Below, piece after piece: positions 1 through 10,617 of a stretch of 64,000 nucleotides of DNA (position 1 is the first letter of the stretch; every line of letters begins with the position of its first letter). Source of the stretch: Octopus sinensis (lineage: Eukaryota). A model generated the notes under the pieces. It made no database searches and was not told the DNA's origin. It was given only the letters and a program-made list of their open reading frames with translations. The stretch covers positions 49,662,001-49,726,000 of the forward strand of contig NC_042998.1 of assembly GCF_006345805.1 (NCBI RefSeq), read 5' to 3'. Both the position numbers and the translations under genes were made by a program.

Positions 1-29
1 CCTTGTGGCTTTTGACACTGTTTACAATT

Positions 30-370
30 CATCATCATCATCATCATCATCGTCATCATCATTTAATGTCCGCTTTCCATGCTAGCATGGGTTGGACGAT
101 TTGACTGAGGACTGGCGAACCAGATTGCTGCACCAGGCTCCAATCTGATCTGGCAGAGTTTCTACAGCTGGATGCCCTTCCTAAAGCCAACCACTCTGAG
201 AGTGTAGTGGGTGTTTTTATGTGCCACCGGCACGAGGGCCAGTCTGGCGGTACTGGCAACGGCCTCGCTCAAATGATGCTTTTTACTTGCCACCTGCACA
301 GGAGTCAGTCCAGCGGCACTGGCAATGACCTCGCTTGAATGTTTTGTTCACATGCCACCGGCACAAGTGC
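30..370 (-). mobile_element. RTE 3'-UTR-type short retroposon copy
   Basis: (CAT)n followed by the reverse complement of the RTE 3' end seen at 8168-8460. Confidence 0.8.
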
Positions 371-562
371 CAGTAAGGTAACGCAGGTAATCCAAATTTG
401 TTATTCATTTATTCCAGAAAGATTTTGCAAAAATATTACAGGTGTTCAAAGTTTGATAATTTTCAGAATTTTCAGCCAATCAGAAAGCAGTGCATTCGCT
501 GCCTCTTCCATCATCAGGGGGAGTGGGGCATTGGCATGTCAAAACATTAAACTAGCTATGTG

Positions 563-740
563 AGCAAATTAAATATTTACAAGCTATGAACAAACAAACA
601 GGAGTTGCTAGAAATAACAGTCAAAACATTAAGATATACATGAGCAAAGTTAATATTAAAACATTTGCAAGCAAATTAAATATTTAAAAGCTACGAACAA
701 GCCAACAGACGTTGCTAGAAACAACAGTCAAAACATTGTT
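563..740. repeat. ~106-bp-period tandem duplication
   Basis: GCAAATTAAATATTTA.AAGCTA..AACAA...GTTGCTAGAAA.AACAGTCAAAACATT twice. Confidence 0.7.
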
Positions 741-1245
741 TAAAACATCATTTATTAGTTTTAAAAATTTCAAGAAAAAGTTTACAATACACTCTAGGAT
801 TTTATAAAATAAATTATCTTTCTCGTATCTCCTCCTCCATATAAATTCACAAGTATAAGAGTCAACCATGCCCAGGTACTTTCAATTTGTTGAGTGTAAA
901 TCCCACTTGTTATGAAAATAAACAATTATAGAACAAGTGATGGTTACACTCCTTGTATGCATGCGCAGCATCTTTGGTTACTATGGCAACAGAGTTCTTC
1001 ACAATCAGCTATGGAACATGTGGTGCTTCTTTGCTTTGGCTACTATAGAAACAGACTTCTTCACCATGGTGATGTCTAAAATACTTGCTTTTGATTGGCT
1101 AAAATACTCAAATTTGGCAGATTTTAAAGGCTAATAACTTTTTAATTATGGATTTATAGGGAAAATTAATTTCATTTTCATAATTAGTATACAAACTTTA
1201 TCCATATACCAAATTTGAAAACAACTGGAACAAAATTGTAAACAG

Positions 1246-1670
1246 TGACAAAAACCACAATGATCCGTTGTCTCAAAAGGAAGATCAAGTTTCAATGATG
1301 CAGGATCTCCTTGACTGTGTTGAGGAAGATGAAGACTTATTTGAAAATGGTTGTAACAGGTGATGAATCATGAGTCTATGGCTATAATCCTGAAACCAAG
1401 GCAAAACTCAAATCCCACTTGAAAGGAACATGATTTCATGATGTTGAAGAAAGCAAAGAAAATGTAATGAAGTAGCTGCTTGCTATCTCAAAAAAAAAAA
1501 AAAAAAAGGGAGAGGGAGTTCCAGGAATGCCTCCATCTATGGAAACAATACTGGATAAAGTGTGTGGCTTCAGGTAGTGTGTGTCTCAAAGGTTATATGC
1601 CAAATTGAAATGTATTGCAGTTTTCTTTTTATAGCATTACTCCTGAAAGTTTTTGATCAGATCTTGTGTA
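1246..1670 (+). mobile_element. Internally deleted Tc1/mariner transposase remnant with right TIR
   Basis: Translates to MVVTGDES*VYGYNPETK (mariner VTGDETW..YDPETK) and LKGT.FHDVE; ends TTTTTGATCAGATCTTGTGTA. Confidence 0.75.
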
Positions 1671-2655
1671 GCAGTATATAGGCAGAAGGTAGACTTAGAG
1701 AAGAAGCAGGATGTGAATTTAATTATTAATAATGAATGTGGAAACCATTTTAGAACACTGAAGACAGATGATCGAAGCTGAAAGTTCAGAAAAAATATAA
1801 TTGAAATATATAGAAAGAAACAGACAAGTAAAGAAATGATATATTTTAACACTAGATTATGAAGTAGATGGTCAGTTTAGCTTGAGAAGAAGGAAGCAAA
1901 TTTTCAAATATCTTATTGAGATGTAGCAGAACCCATTTTGGTTGTGGCATTTTGTAGTCAACTAGCCTTAAATAGGCTCCATATGTTAATCTTTAATGAT
2001 TGGTTGTTTGACCTATCATGTGAGTTTGGAACATTTAGTTGGGTCCTGTATTTTGATTGGTCAAGTATTGCACAGGATATAGATTTCAGATCCAATTATG
2101 TTGAGCATAATACTTTCTAAATAACTAACTTGAACCTTTGCTGGGAGCCTTTTTTCACTTACATATAACCTTAACAAAAACCTCACTTGGAGAGTGGTGA
2201 GAGAATTCCTGGAGAATAGATCATGACATTTTCCTGCTGTTATAACAAAGCACTTACAACCAACGATGCCCAGAACTGAATTATCCAAATGATGGATGAA
2301 CTATACAACCAACAGAATCTGTGATGTGTTTATTTGGTCCACTGTATAATTTAGCTGAGGAATAAAGTCTCACTGTTGTTTAAAAGTTTGCTTCTTGTAC
2401 AATTTCCACAAGTTAACACACAGCACAAGTTATGTATTGGTATGCAACATCATGTTGTAAACCAAGAGAGACTTTATAACCGTGACAGTTAAAAAGACTT
2501 AAAACTAGAAAGCAAACTTCTAATCATTGTTAATTGATGGTTGCCTCCTCCATCATACTTTAGTTTAAGTGCTAATAAATAAAATAAGAAAAACAATATA
2601 AGCTCAATATTACATATGCACTGTAGCCAAGATAAATACTAAGTAAGCAACAAAA

Positions 2656-2847
2656 GAAGCTTCTGGTTTGCGTGGAAATCAGGGACTTCCAGTTCATCCC
2701 TTATATAAAGGAAAGAATTTCTAAATTCGTGCCCTTCAGTGCCTGTTGATTCTTTGACATGCATTGGATGGTGCGAATTTAGAAATTCCTTCCTTTACAT
2801 AAGGTATGAACCGGGAGTCTCTGACTTCCACATAAACCGGAAGCTTC
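2656..2847. mobile_element. Fold-back MITE-like element, ~80-bp imperfect inverted arms
   Basis: 2656-2735 is the reverse complement of about 2770-2847; both ends GAAGCTTC; no clear TSD. Confidence 0.7.
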
Positions 2848-3049
2848 CAGAATGTTTGTAAACTTTTTAGAAGCTTGAGGGAGATTACTCTTGTTAAATC
2901 CCTTTTATGTTTTGCTTCCTGATGTGACTGCCAGGGTTCACTACAAAACTTACGGAGGCAATGACAAGTGACTGAGACCTTTGGTGATATACCATGCTTG
3001 AGAAAATCCATCAAGCCAAGTGTAATCGTAGTCGTGGTCAAGACCATTG

Positions 3050-3345
3050 TCATGTAACCGGCACCTGTGCTGGTGGCATATAAAAAGCACCCTTTGAATG
3101 TTGGACCTCAAGCAGATAAGTGAATCAAACCTTTATTTGTGGCCAATGCTGGTGTCATGTAACTAGCACCTGTGCACCCATTACATTCTTGGAATGGTTG
3201 GCATTAGGAAGGGCATCTAACTGTAGAAATTATGCCAAATCAGATTGAAACATGGTGCAGTTTCCCCAGCTTACCAGTCAAACTGTCTAACCCATGCCAG
3301 CATGGAAAGCAGACCCTAGATTATGATAATGATGATGATGATGAT
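3050..3345 (+). mobile_element. RTE 3'-UTR-type short copy
   Basis: GTGGCATATAAAAAGCAC motif, AGGAAGGGCATC, (GAT)n tail. Confidence 0.7.
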
Positions 3346-3355
3346 ATATATATGA

Positions 3356-3387
<32 letters not shown>

Positions 3388-3592
3388 TCTTTTACTCATT
3401 TACTTGTTTCAGTCATTTGACTGTGGCCATGCTGGAGAACCACCGTTAGTCGAACAAATCGACACCAGGACTTATTCTTTGTAAGCCTAGTACTTTTTGC
3501 CGAACCACTAGGTTACAGGGACGTAAACACACTAGCATCGGTTGTCAAGCGATGTTGGGGGGACAAACACACACACACAAACATATACATAC

Positions 3593-3634
<42 letters not shown>

Positions 3635-3802
3635 AAAGATAAATGCGATACAATAAAATTAATTATAATCGCCGGTGTACCAGTACACGCCATATATTAT
3701 ACATATATCATTACATTCAAGGCGAAGAGTGCACTAGATACAACACAATAGCTGGATAAATTTAGTGAGATGAAAATTAAAAACTTTTACAAACTTAACT
3801 TT

Positions 3803-3875
3803 TCTTATACTGCAGTTTCGCCAAATTCAGTAATAAAAATAGTATTTATTTACTCAGGCTGGCTCTTCAGTAAGA
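3803..3875 (-). ncRNA. Minimal type I hammerhead ribozyme, unit 1
   Basis: Minus strand UCUUA-CUGAAGA-GCCA..(AU-rich)..UGGC-GAAAC-UGCA-GUA^UAAGA: 5-bp stem I, intact core, 4-bp stem II base, palindromic stem III. Confidence 0.88.
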
Positions 3876-4206
3876 TTCCTGTTAATGATGGGAAGACCAT
3901 ATCAATAGACCCATGTGCGTCTATCGAAATGCTCTTTCTAAACTATTCAAAACACTGCGCAGACTCAGAACAAACCGACAAAATAGGGGATTGTGGTATA
4001 TCGTCTAACGGTCAGAAATTTATCGAGAGAATATGTAAACAAAGATAAATGCGATACAATAAAATTAATTATAATCGCCGTGTGTACCAGTACACGCCAT
4101 ATATTATACATATATCATTACATTCAAGGCGAAGAGTGCACTAGATACACAATAGCTGGATAAATTTAGTGAGATGAAAATTAAAAACTTTTACAAACTT
4201 AACTTT

Positions 4207-4279
4207 TCTTATACTGCAGTTTCGCCAAATTCAGTAATAAAAATAGTATTTATTTACTTAGGCTGGCTCTTCAGTAAGA
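4207..4279 (-). ncRNA. Hammerhead ribozyme, unit 2
   Basis: Same motif as unit 1; one substitution in the distal stem II loop. Confidence 0.87.
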
Positions 4280-4610
4280 TTCCTGTTAATGATGGGAAGA
4301 CCATATCAATAGACCCATGTGCGTCTATCGAAATGCTCTTTCTAAACTATTCAAAACACTGCGCAGACTCAGAACAAACCCGACAAAATAGGGGATTGTG
4401 GTATATCGTCTAACGGTCAGAAATTTATCGAGAGAATATGTAAACAAAGATAAATGCGATACAATAAAATTAATTATAATCGCCGGTGTACCAGTACACG
4501 CCATATATTATACATATATCATTACATTCAAGGCGAAGAGTGCACTAGATACACAATAGCTGGATAAATTTAGTGAGATGAAACTTAAAAACTTTTACAA
4601 ACTTAACTTT

Positions 4611-4683
4611 TCTTATACTGCAGTTTCGCCAAATTCAGTAATAAAAATAGTATTTATTTACTCAGGCTGGCTCTTCAGTAAGA
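4611..4683 (-). ncRNA. Hammerhead ribozyme, unit 3
   Basis: Identical motif to unit 1. Confidence 0.88.
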
Positions 4684-5012
4684 TTCCTGTTAATGATGGG
4701 AAGACCATATCAATAGACCCATGTGCGTCTATCGAAATGCTCTTTCTAAACTATTCAAAACACTGCGCAGACTCAGAACAAACCCGACAAAATAGGGGAT
4801 TGTGGTATATCGTCTAACGGTCAGAAATTATCGAGAGAATATGTAAACAAAGATAAATGCGATACAATAAAATTAATTATAATCGCCGGTGTACCGGTAC
4901 ACGCCATATATTTACATATATCATTACATTCAAGGCGAAGAGTGCACTAGATACACAATAGCTGGATAAATTTAGTGAGATGAAACTTAAAAACTTTTAC
5001 AAACTTAACTTT

Positions 5013-5084
5013 TCTATACTGCAGTTTCGCCAAATTCAGTAATAAAAATAGTATTTATTTACTCAGGCTGGCTCTTCAGTAAGA
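5013..5084 (-). ncRNA. Hammerhead ribozyme, unit 4 (1-nt deletion in stem I)
   Basis: Core intact; plus strand reads TCTA instead of TCTTA, possibly a sequencing indel. Confidence 0.78.
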
Positions 5085-5412
5085 TTCCTGTTAATGATGG
5101 GAAGACCATATCAATAGACCCATGTGCGTCTATCGAAATGCTCTTTCTAAACTATTCAAAACACTGCGCAGACTCAGAACAAACCCGACAAAATAGGGGA
5201 TTGTGGTATATCGTCTAACGGTCAGAAATTTATCGAGAGAATATGTAAACAAGATAAATGCGATACAATAAAATTAATTATAATCGCCGTGTACCGGTAC
5301 ACGCCATATATTTACATATATCATTACATTCAAGGCGAAGAGTGCACTAGATACACAATAGCTGGATAAATTTAGTGAGATGAAAATTAAAAACTTTTAC
5401 AAACTTAACTTT

Positions 5413-5485
5413 TCTTATACTGCAGTTTCGCCAAATTCAGTAATAAAAATAGTATTTATTTACTCAGGCTGGCTCTTCAGTAAGA
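5413..5485 (-). ncRNA. Hammerhead ribozyme, unit 5
   Basis: Identical motif to unit 1. Confidence 0.88.
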
Positions 5486-5813
5486 TTCCTGTTAATGATG
5501 GGAAGACCATATCAATAGACCATGTGCGTCTATCGAAATGCTCTTTCTAAACTATTCAAAACACTGCGCAGACTCAGAACAACCCGACAAAATAGGGGAT
5601 TGTGGTATATCGTCTAACGGTCAGAAATTTATCGAGAGAATATGTAAACAAAGATAAATGCGATACAATAAAATTAATTATAATCGCCGGTGTACCAGTA
5701 CACGCCATAATTATACATATATCATTACATTCAAGGCGAAGAGTGCACTAGATACACAATAGCTGGATAAATTTAGTGAGATGAAAATTAAAAACTTTTA
5801 CAAACTTAACTTT

Positions 5814-5886
5814 TCTTATACTGCAGTTTCGCCAAATTCAGTAATAAAAATAGTATTTATTTACTCAGGCTGGCTCTTCAGTAAGA
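5814..5886 (-). ncRNA. Hammerhead ribozyme, unit 6 (partial unit)
   Basis: Identical motif to unit 1; lies about 50 nt inside the right array end. Confidence 0.88.
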
Positions 5887-6060
5887 TTCCTGTTAATGAT
5901 GGGAAGACCATATCAATAGACCCATGTGCGTCTATCGAATATATATATATATATATATATATAAAGTGAGATAGGGGTTTGAATTAGTTAATAAATTATA
6001 TGAATCGGTATTATCTGTAAGTTGATGATTGAAAGGAATCTGTTCCTCCATTTTCTTATT

Positions 6061-6106
<46 letters not shown>

Positions 6107-6271
6107 TATGACGGGCTTCTTTCAGTTTCTGTCTACCAAATCTACTCTCAAGGATTTGGTTGGCCTGAGGCTTTAGTAGAAGACATTTGCCCAAGGTGCC
6201 ACACAGTGAAACTGAATCCAGAACCATGTGGTTCGTAAGCAAGCTACTTACCACACAGCCACTCCTATGCC

Positions 6272-6317
<46 letters not shown>

Positions 6318-6351
6318 TACTATACATACACATATGTGTGTGTGTGTGCAC

Positions 6352-6632
6352 TCTAAATTGGAAGACAAGAAAGAGTTTCTCATAAGGTCTAGATTTTCTA
6401 CACCTGAAGAATTTGGAACTCACTTACAGCTATGATCTAAGAGTATAGATAACCTAAAGCTTAGGATGAATGTTGCATCAAAAATCCTCCATCTTTCTAC
6501 CTTCCCAGGACCTCATCCTGAGCTTTAGGCTATCTATACTCTTGGTTTATAGTCTTAAGTAAGATCAAAATTCTTCAGATGTAAGAAATCTAGGCCTAAT
6601 GATAAACTGTTTCTCCATCTTCTTATTTAGAT
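6352..6632. mobile_element. Fold-back element, ~120-bp diverged inverted arms, set in (GT)/(AC) microsatellite
   Basis: 6352-6470 versus reverse complement of 6513-6632; terminus TAAATAAGAAGATGGAGAAACAG resembles the reverse complement of 6040-6062. Confidence 0.65.
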
Positions 6633-6671
6633 TGCACACACACACACACATGCACATATATATAGTATATA

Positions 6672-6920
6672 CATAAAAAGCACCATCCGTTCGTGGCCGT
6701 TTGCCAGCTCTGTCTGGCACCAGTGCGGGTGGCACGTAAAAAGCACCCACTACACTCACGGAGTGGTTGGCGTTAGGAAGGGCATCCAGCCGTAGAAACA
6801 CTGCCAGATTTGACTGGGCCTGATGAAGCCTTCTGGCTTCACAGACCCCAGTAGAACCGTCCAACCCATGCTAGCATGGAAAACGGACGCTAAACGATGA
6901 TGATGATGATGATGATGATG
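6672..6920 (+). mobile_element. RTE 3'-UTR-type short copy
   Basis: Matches 8168-8460 in the opposite orientation; (GAT)n tail. Confidence 0.8.
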
Positions 6921-6944
6921 TATATATATATATCAATATATATG

Positions 6945-7006
<62 letters not shown>

Positions 7007-7013
7007 AACATAC

Positions 7014-7046
<33 letters not shown>

Positions 7047-7048
<2 letters not shown>

Positions 7049-7381
7049 TTCAGATGAATATGGTACTTAAGTTGAGGCACCAGAATTTAGTATGGTATTA
7101 TCCATACAATTTCAAAATAAGGTGATTAAAATCAAAATAAGCAACAAGGATATCCAGAGGTAATGCAGTACGATTGTTTCATGCAAATCCATTTAATTGA
7201 AAAATGTAATCATTACATCAATTTAAAATGTAGAGCAATCTTCAGCTGCGCAAAGACATAGAATTTAATTAAATTAGAACAGATGGACACATTAGTATAA
7301 CTATACCTAAAATCTCCAAGAAGTCAAGGAGATAGACAAAGAACATGTTGTACCTAAAGCAGCATAACCATAATTAAAATG

Positions 7382-7384
<3 letters not shown>
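7047..7384 (-). mobile_element. Solo ~340-bp hammerhead-bearing insert in (AT)n
   Basis: Non-coding insert bounded by (AT)n on both sides; carries a hammerhead-like motif; sequence unrelated to the 404-bp unit. Confidence 0.65.
7165..7249 (-). ncRNA. Minimal type I hammerhead-like motif (slightly degenerate)
   Basis: GCAG-CUGAAGA-UUGC..long AU hairpin..GCAU-GAAAC-AAUC-GUA^CUGC; 4-bp stem I; U.U at the base of stem II; loop III not palindromic. Confidence 0.7.
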
Positions 7385-7423
<39 letters not shown>

Positions 7424-7454
7424 CATATATATATATACTCAAAGAAATATTACT

Positions 7455-8075
7455 AAAAAGTGCAATACAGCAGTATTGCTTCCCAGTAAAACAAAGCACC
7501 ATCAGGTTAAAGTATAAATATAGAATAGTGGTACAACAATGTACCAATATTTACTGGAAATAGCAATTGATAATATACGACACTACAATAAAGCTACACT
7601 GTATATATATATTCTGGCAAAAGTGTTTGCAGGTGGTGAACATAAAAAATTTCATCTTACCTGTGAGAAGAACATTAAATAAATGTACAACCCAGATGTG
7701 GATAATCTAGGACCTAGGTTTCAAACTTTCCAAATTATGTTTGCTAACATAAATTTGATTAGTTCACTTTGGCTAGATTCACCTAGACAAAATTTCAAAT
7801 GCCACTACATCATTGCCAGTATTACTTGTCTGAATGCCTAGCTGTTAACAGACCGAGAAAAGTGGAAAAGTTTCCAAACAAAAAATTATTAAATAGTGCA
7901 AAACAGTAGTATTGCTTCCCAGTAAAACAAAGCCCCATCAGGTTAAAGTATAAATGTAGGATAGTGGCACAACAATGCCCCAATATTTACTGGAAATAAC
8001 AGTCAATAATATATGATGCTATAATAAAGGTTTATATTTATATTTATACTTTAACCTGATGGTGCTTTGTTTTAC
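7455..8075. repeat. ~145-bp direct repeats (7455-7600, 7893-8030) followed by a short inverted copy (about 8040-8075)
   Basis: GTATTGCTTCCCAGTAAAACAAAGC.CCATCAGGTTAAAGTATAAAT twice; reverse complement at 8040-8075. Confidence 0.75.
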
Positions 8076-8167
8076 AAAGCTTTTTTTATACGCATACACA
8101 CACACACACACACATGCACATGCATATACACACACATATTCTCCTACACGTACATATATATACATAT

Positions 8168-10617
8168 ATGCATCATCATCATCATCATCATCATCGTTTA
8201 ACGTCCGTTCTCCATGCTAGCATGGGTTGGACGGTTCGACCGGGGGATCTGGGAAGCCAGAAGGCTGCACCAGGCTCCAGCCTTATCTGGCAATGTTTCT
8301 ACAGCTGGATGCCCTTCCTAACGCCAACCACTCCGTGAGTGTAGTGGGTGCTTTTTATGTGCCACCTGCACAGGTGCCAGGCGAGGCTGGCAATGGCCAC
8401 GGTCAGATTGGTGTATTTTATGTGCCACCGGCACGGAAGCTAGTCGAGCCGGTGCTGGCATCAGCCACGAGTCGGATTGTGCTTTTTACGTACCACCAGA
8501 CCAGGGATCCTGGCTGGTTCAATTCGATTTCGATTTCGCTTGCCCCAACATGTCTTCACAAGCAAAGGGGTTTGGCATGGATGCCTGTCGTACGGTCGGA
8601 TTGGAGTATTTTACGTGCCACCGGCACGGAAGCCAGTGGAGGCAGCGCTGGCATCAGCCACGAGTCGGATAGTGCTTTTTACGTGCCACCAGACCAGGGA
8701 TCCTGGCTGGTTCAATTCGGTTTCGATTTCGATTTCGCTTGCCCCAACATGTCTTCGCAAGTAAAGGGGGTTGGCATGGGTGCCTGTTGTTGGATGAGGT
8801 TCTATATCGACTTCGCTTGCCTCAACAGGTCTTTGTGTCCAAGGGAGGAAAGGCATTCATAAGTGGGCTGGGCTCACTTGTCCTGCCTGGTCTTCTCACG
8901 TACAGAATATTTCCAAAGGTCTCGGTCGCTGGTCATTTCCTCAGTGAGGCCTAAAGTTCGAAGGTCGTGCTTCACCACCTCGTCCCAGGTTTTCCTGGGT
9001 CTACCTCTTCCACGGGTTCCCTCAACTGCTAGGGATTGGCACTTTCTCACACACCTATCTTCATCCATTCTCGCCACATGACCATACCAGCGCAATCGTC
9101 TCTCTTGCACACCACAACTGATGCTTCTTAGGTACAACATTTCTCTCAAGGTGCTAACGCTCTGTCGAGTATGTACACTGACATTACACATCCATCGGAG
9201 CATACTGGCTTCATTCCTCACGAGCTTACGCATGTCCTCAGCAGTCACGGCCCATGTTTCACTGCCATGTAGCATGGCTGTTCGTACACACGCATCATAC
9301 AGTCTGCTTTTTACTCTGAGCGAGAGGCCTTTAGTCACCAGCAGAGATAAGAGCTCCCTAAACTTTGCCCAGGCTATTCTTATTCTAGCAGTTACACTTT
9401 CAGCGCACCCACCCCCACTACTGACTTGGTCACCTAGATAACGGAAGCTATCAACTACTTCTATTTTTTTCCCCTGGAAAGTGACGGAAGTTGTTTTCTG
9501 CAGATTTTCGGAGGTTAATGCTCCCGAGCATCTGCCACATACAAAAACTATCTTCCCAGTTAGCCTACCTTTGACATTGCTGCACCTCTTATGTGTCCAT
9601 AGCTTACCCTGGGTACATCTTATAGAGTTTCTACCTACACCTTTTCTACAGATCGAGCAGGGCCATCTTCCTGAAGACATTTGTGGATTGTCTACCTTCC
9701 TACTTATTAGTACTTTGGTTTTAGCTAGGTTGACTCTAAGGCCCCTCGATTCTAAACCCTCCTTCCACACCTGGAACTTCTCCTCCAGTTCTGATAGTGA
9801 CTCAGCAATAAGAGCAAGGTCGTCAGCGTAGAGGAGCTCCCAGGGACAACCTGTCTTGAATTCCTCCGTAATTGCCTGGAGGACTATGATAAATAGGAGG
9901 GGGCTGAGTACTGAACCCTGGTGGACCCCAACCTCTACTTTGAATTCTTCTGTGTACATGTTGCCAACCCTAACCTTACTTACGGCATCTCTGTACATGG
10001 CTTGCACAGTCCTCACCAGCCATTCATCTATCCCTAGTTTCCTCATTGACCACCAGATAAGGGATCGGGGGACCCTATCAAAAGCTTTCTCCATGTCAAC
10101 GAAAGCCAGGTACAGGGGCTTATCTTTGGCTAGGTATTTCTCCTGCAGCTGCCTTACCAGGAATATAGCATCAGTGGTACTTTTCCCTGGCACGAACCCA
10201 AACTGCATCTCATCTAAACTAACTCTCTCTCTAATTAGTTGGGCTATGACCCTCTCCGTAACCTTCATTACTTGATCCAACAGCTTGATACCTCTGTAAT
10301 TATTGTATCTAGGGCATCACCTTTACCTTTGTAGCAGTTGACTAGTATGCTGCTGCACCAGTCATTGGGTATGACTCCTTCGTGTATCACCTGGTTGACT
10401 ATACGGGTGACTAGGTTATAGCCGACACTGCCAGATATTTTGAGCATCTCTGCAGTAATTCCTGATGGGCCTGGGGCTTTCCCTGTCTTCATGCTTCTAA
10501 TTGCCTTAGCTACCACGGAACTATCAACTCGGATAGCTGGTCCCTCTGTTGGGTCAACATTCGGCAGACTCTCTTTATCCCATTCATTTTCTTTATTCAG
10601 CAACCTTTCATAGTGGC
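8168..10617 (-). mobile_element. 5'-truncated RTE-clade LINE with long 3' UTR and (GAT)n tail
   Basis: RT ORF 8874-10280 plus frameshifted upstream piece (KAPGPSG, YKGKGD); 3' UTR 8873-8168 ends in GGACGTTAAAC(GAT)n. Confidence 0.93.
8874..10280 (-). pseudogene. RTE reverse transcriptase ORF (468 aa remnant) with inserted PHD-like Cys/His finger
   Basis: Motifs QFGFVPGKSTTDAIF, FVDMEKAFDRV, GVHQGSVLSPLLF, LLYADDL, FRYLG, LRWYGHVARM, RGRGRPRKTW. Confidence 0.95.

Larger units (their letters stand above)
3631..5939 (-). mobile_element. Tandem array of ~404-bp hammerhead-ribozyme-containing units (retrozyme-like), about 5.7 copies
   Basis: Unit starts at 3631, 4037, 4442, 4845, 5247, 5646; units differ mostly by 1-nt indels; (AT)n on both sides; one hammerhead motif per unit. 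Confidence 0.9.
3387..6272 (-). mobile_element. tRNA-derived SINE split by the 404-bp array (halves 3387-3630 and 6062-6272)
   Basis: The two halves join into the same SINE seen intact at 32983-33390, 38872-39285 and 41212-41605; the break lies in its internal (AT)n. Confidence 0.8.

Noticed and set aside
2736-3053. 105-aa minus-strand ORF as an exon
   Set aside because: About half lies in the 2656-2847 fold-back element and it starts in a retroposon; no known motif
3770-4048. Repeated 79-92 aa ORF (MKIKNFYKLNFSY...) in each 404-bp unit
   Set aside because: No recognisable domain, broken by indels in some units, and antisense to the conserved ribozyme; probably incidental
3631-5939. CRISPR-like or Helitron interpretation of the array
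   Set aside because: No unique spacers and a eukaryotic context; the internal CTAG and hairpins do not coincide with the array ends as Helitron termini would
6820-6842. CTGATGAAGCC..GGCTTC hairpin
   Set aside because: Part of the RTE 3'-UTR repeat; no following GAAA or cleavage triplet
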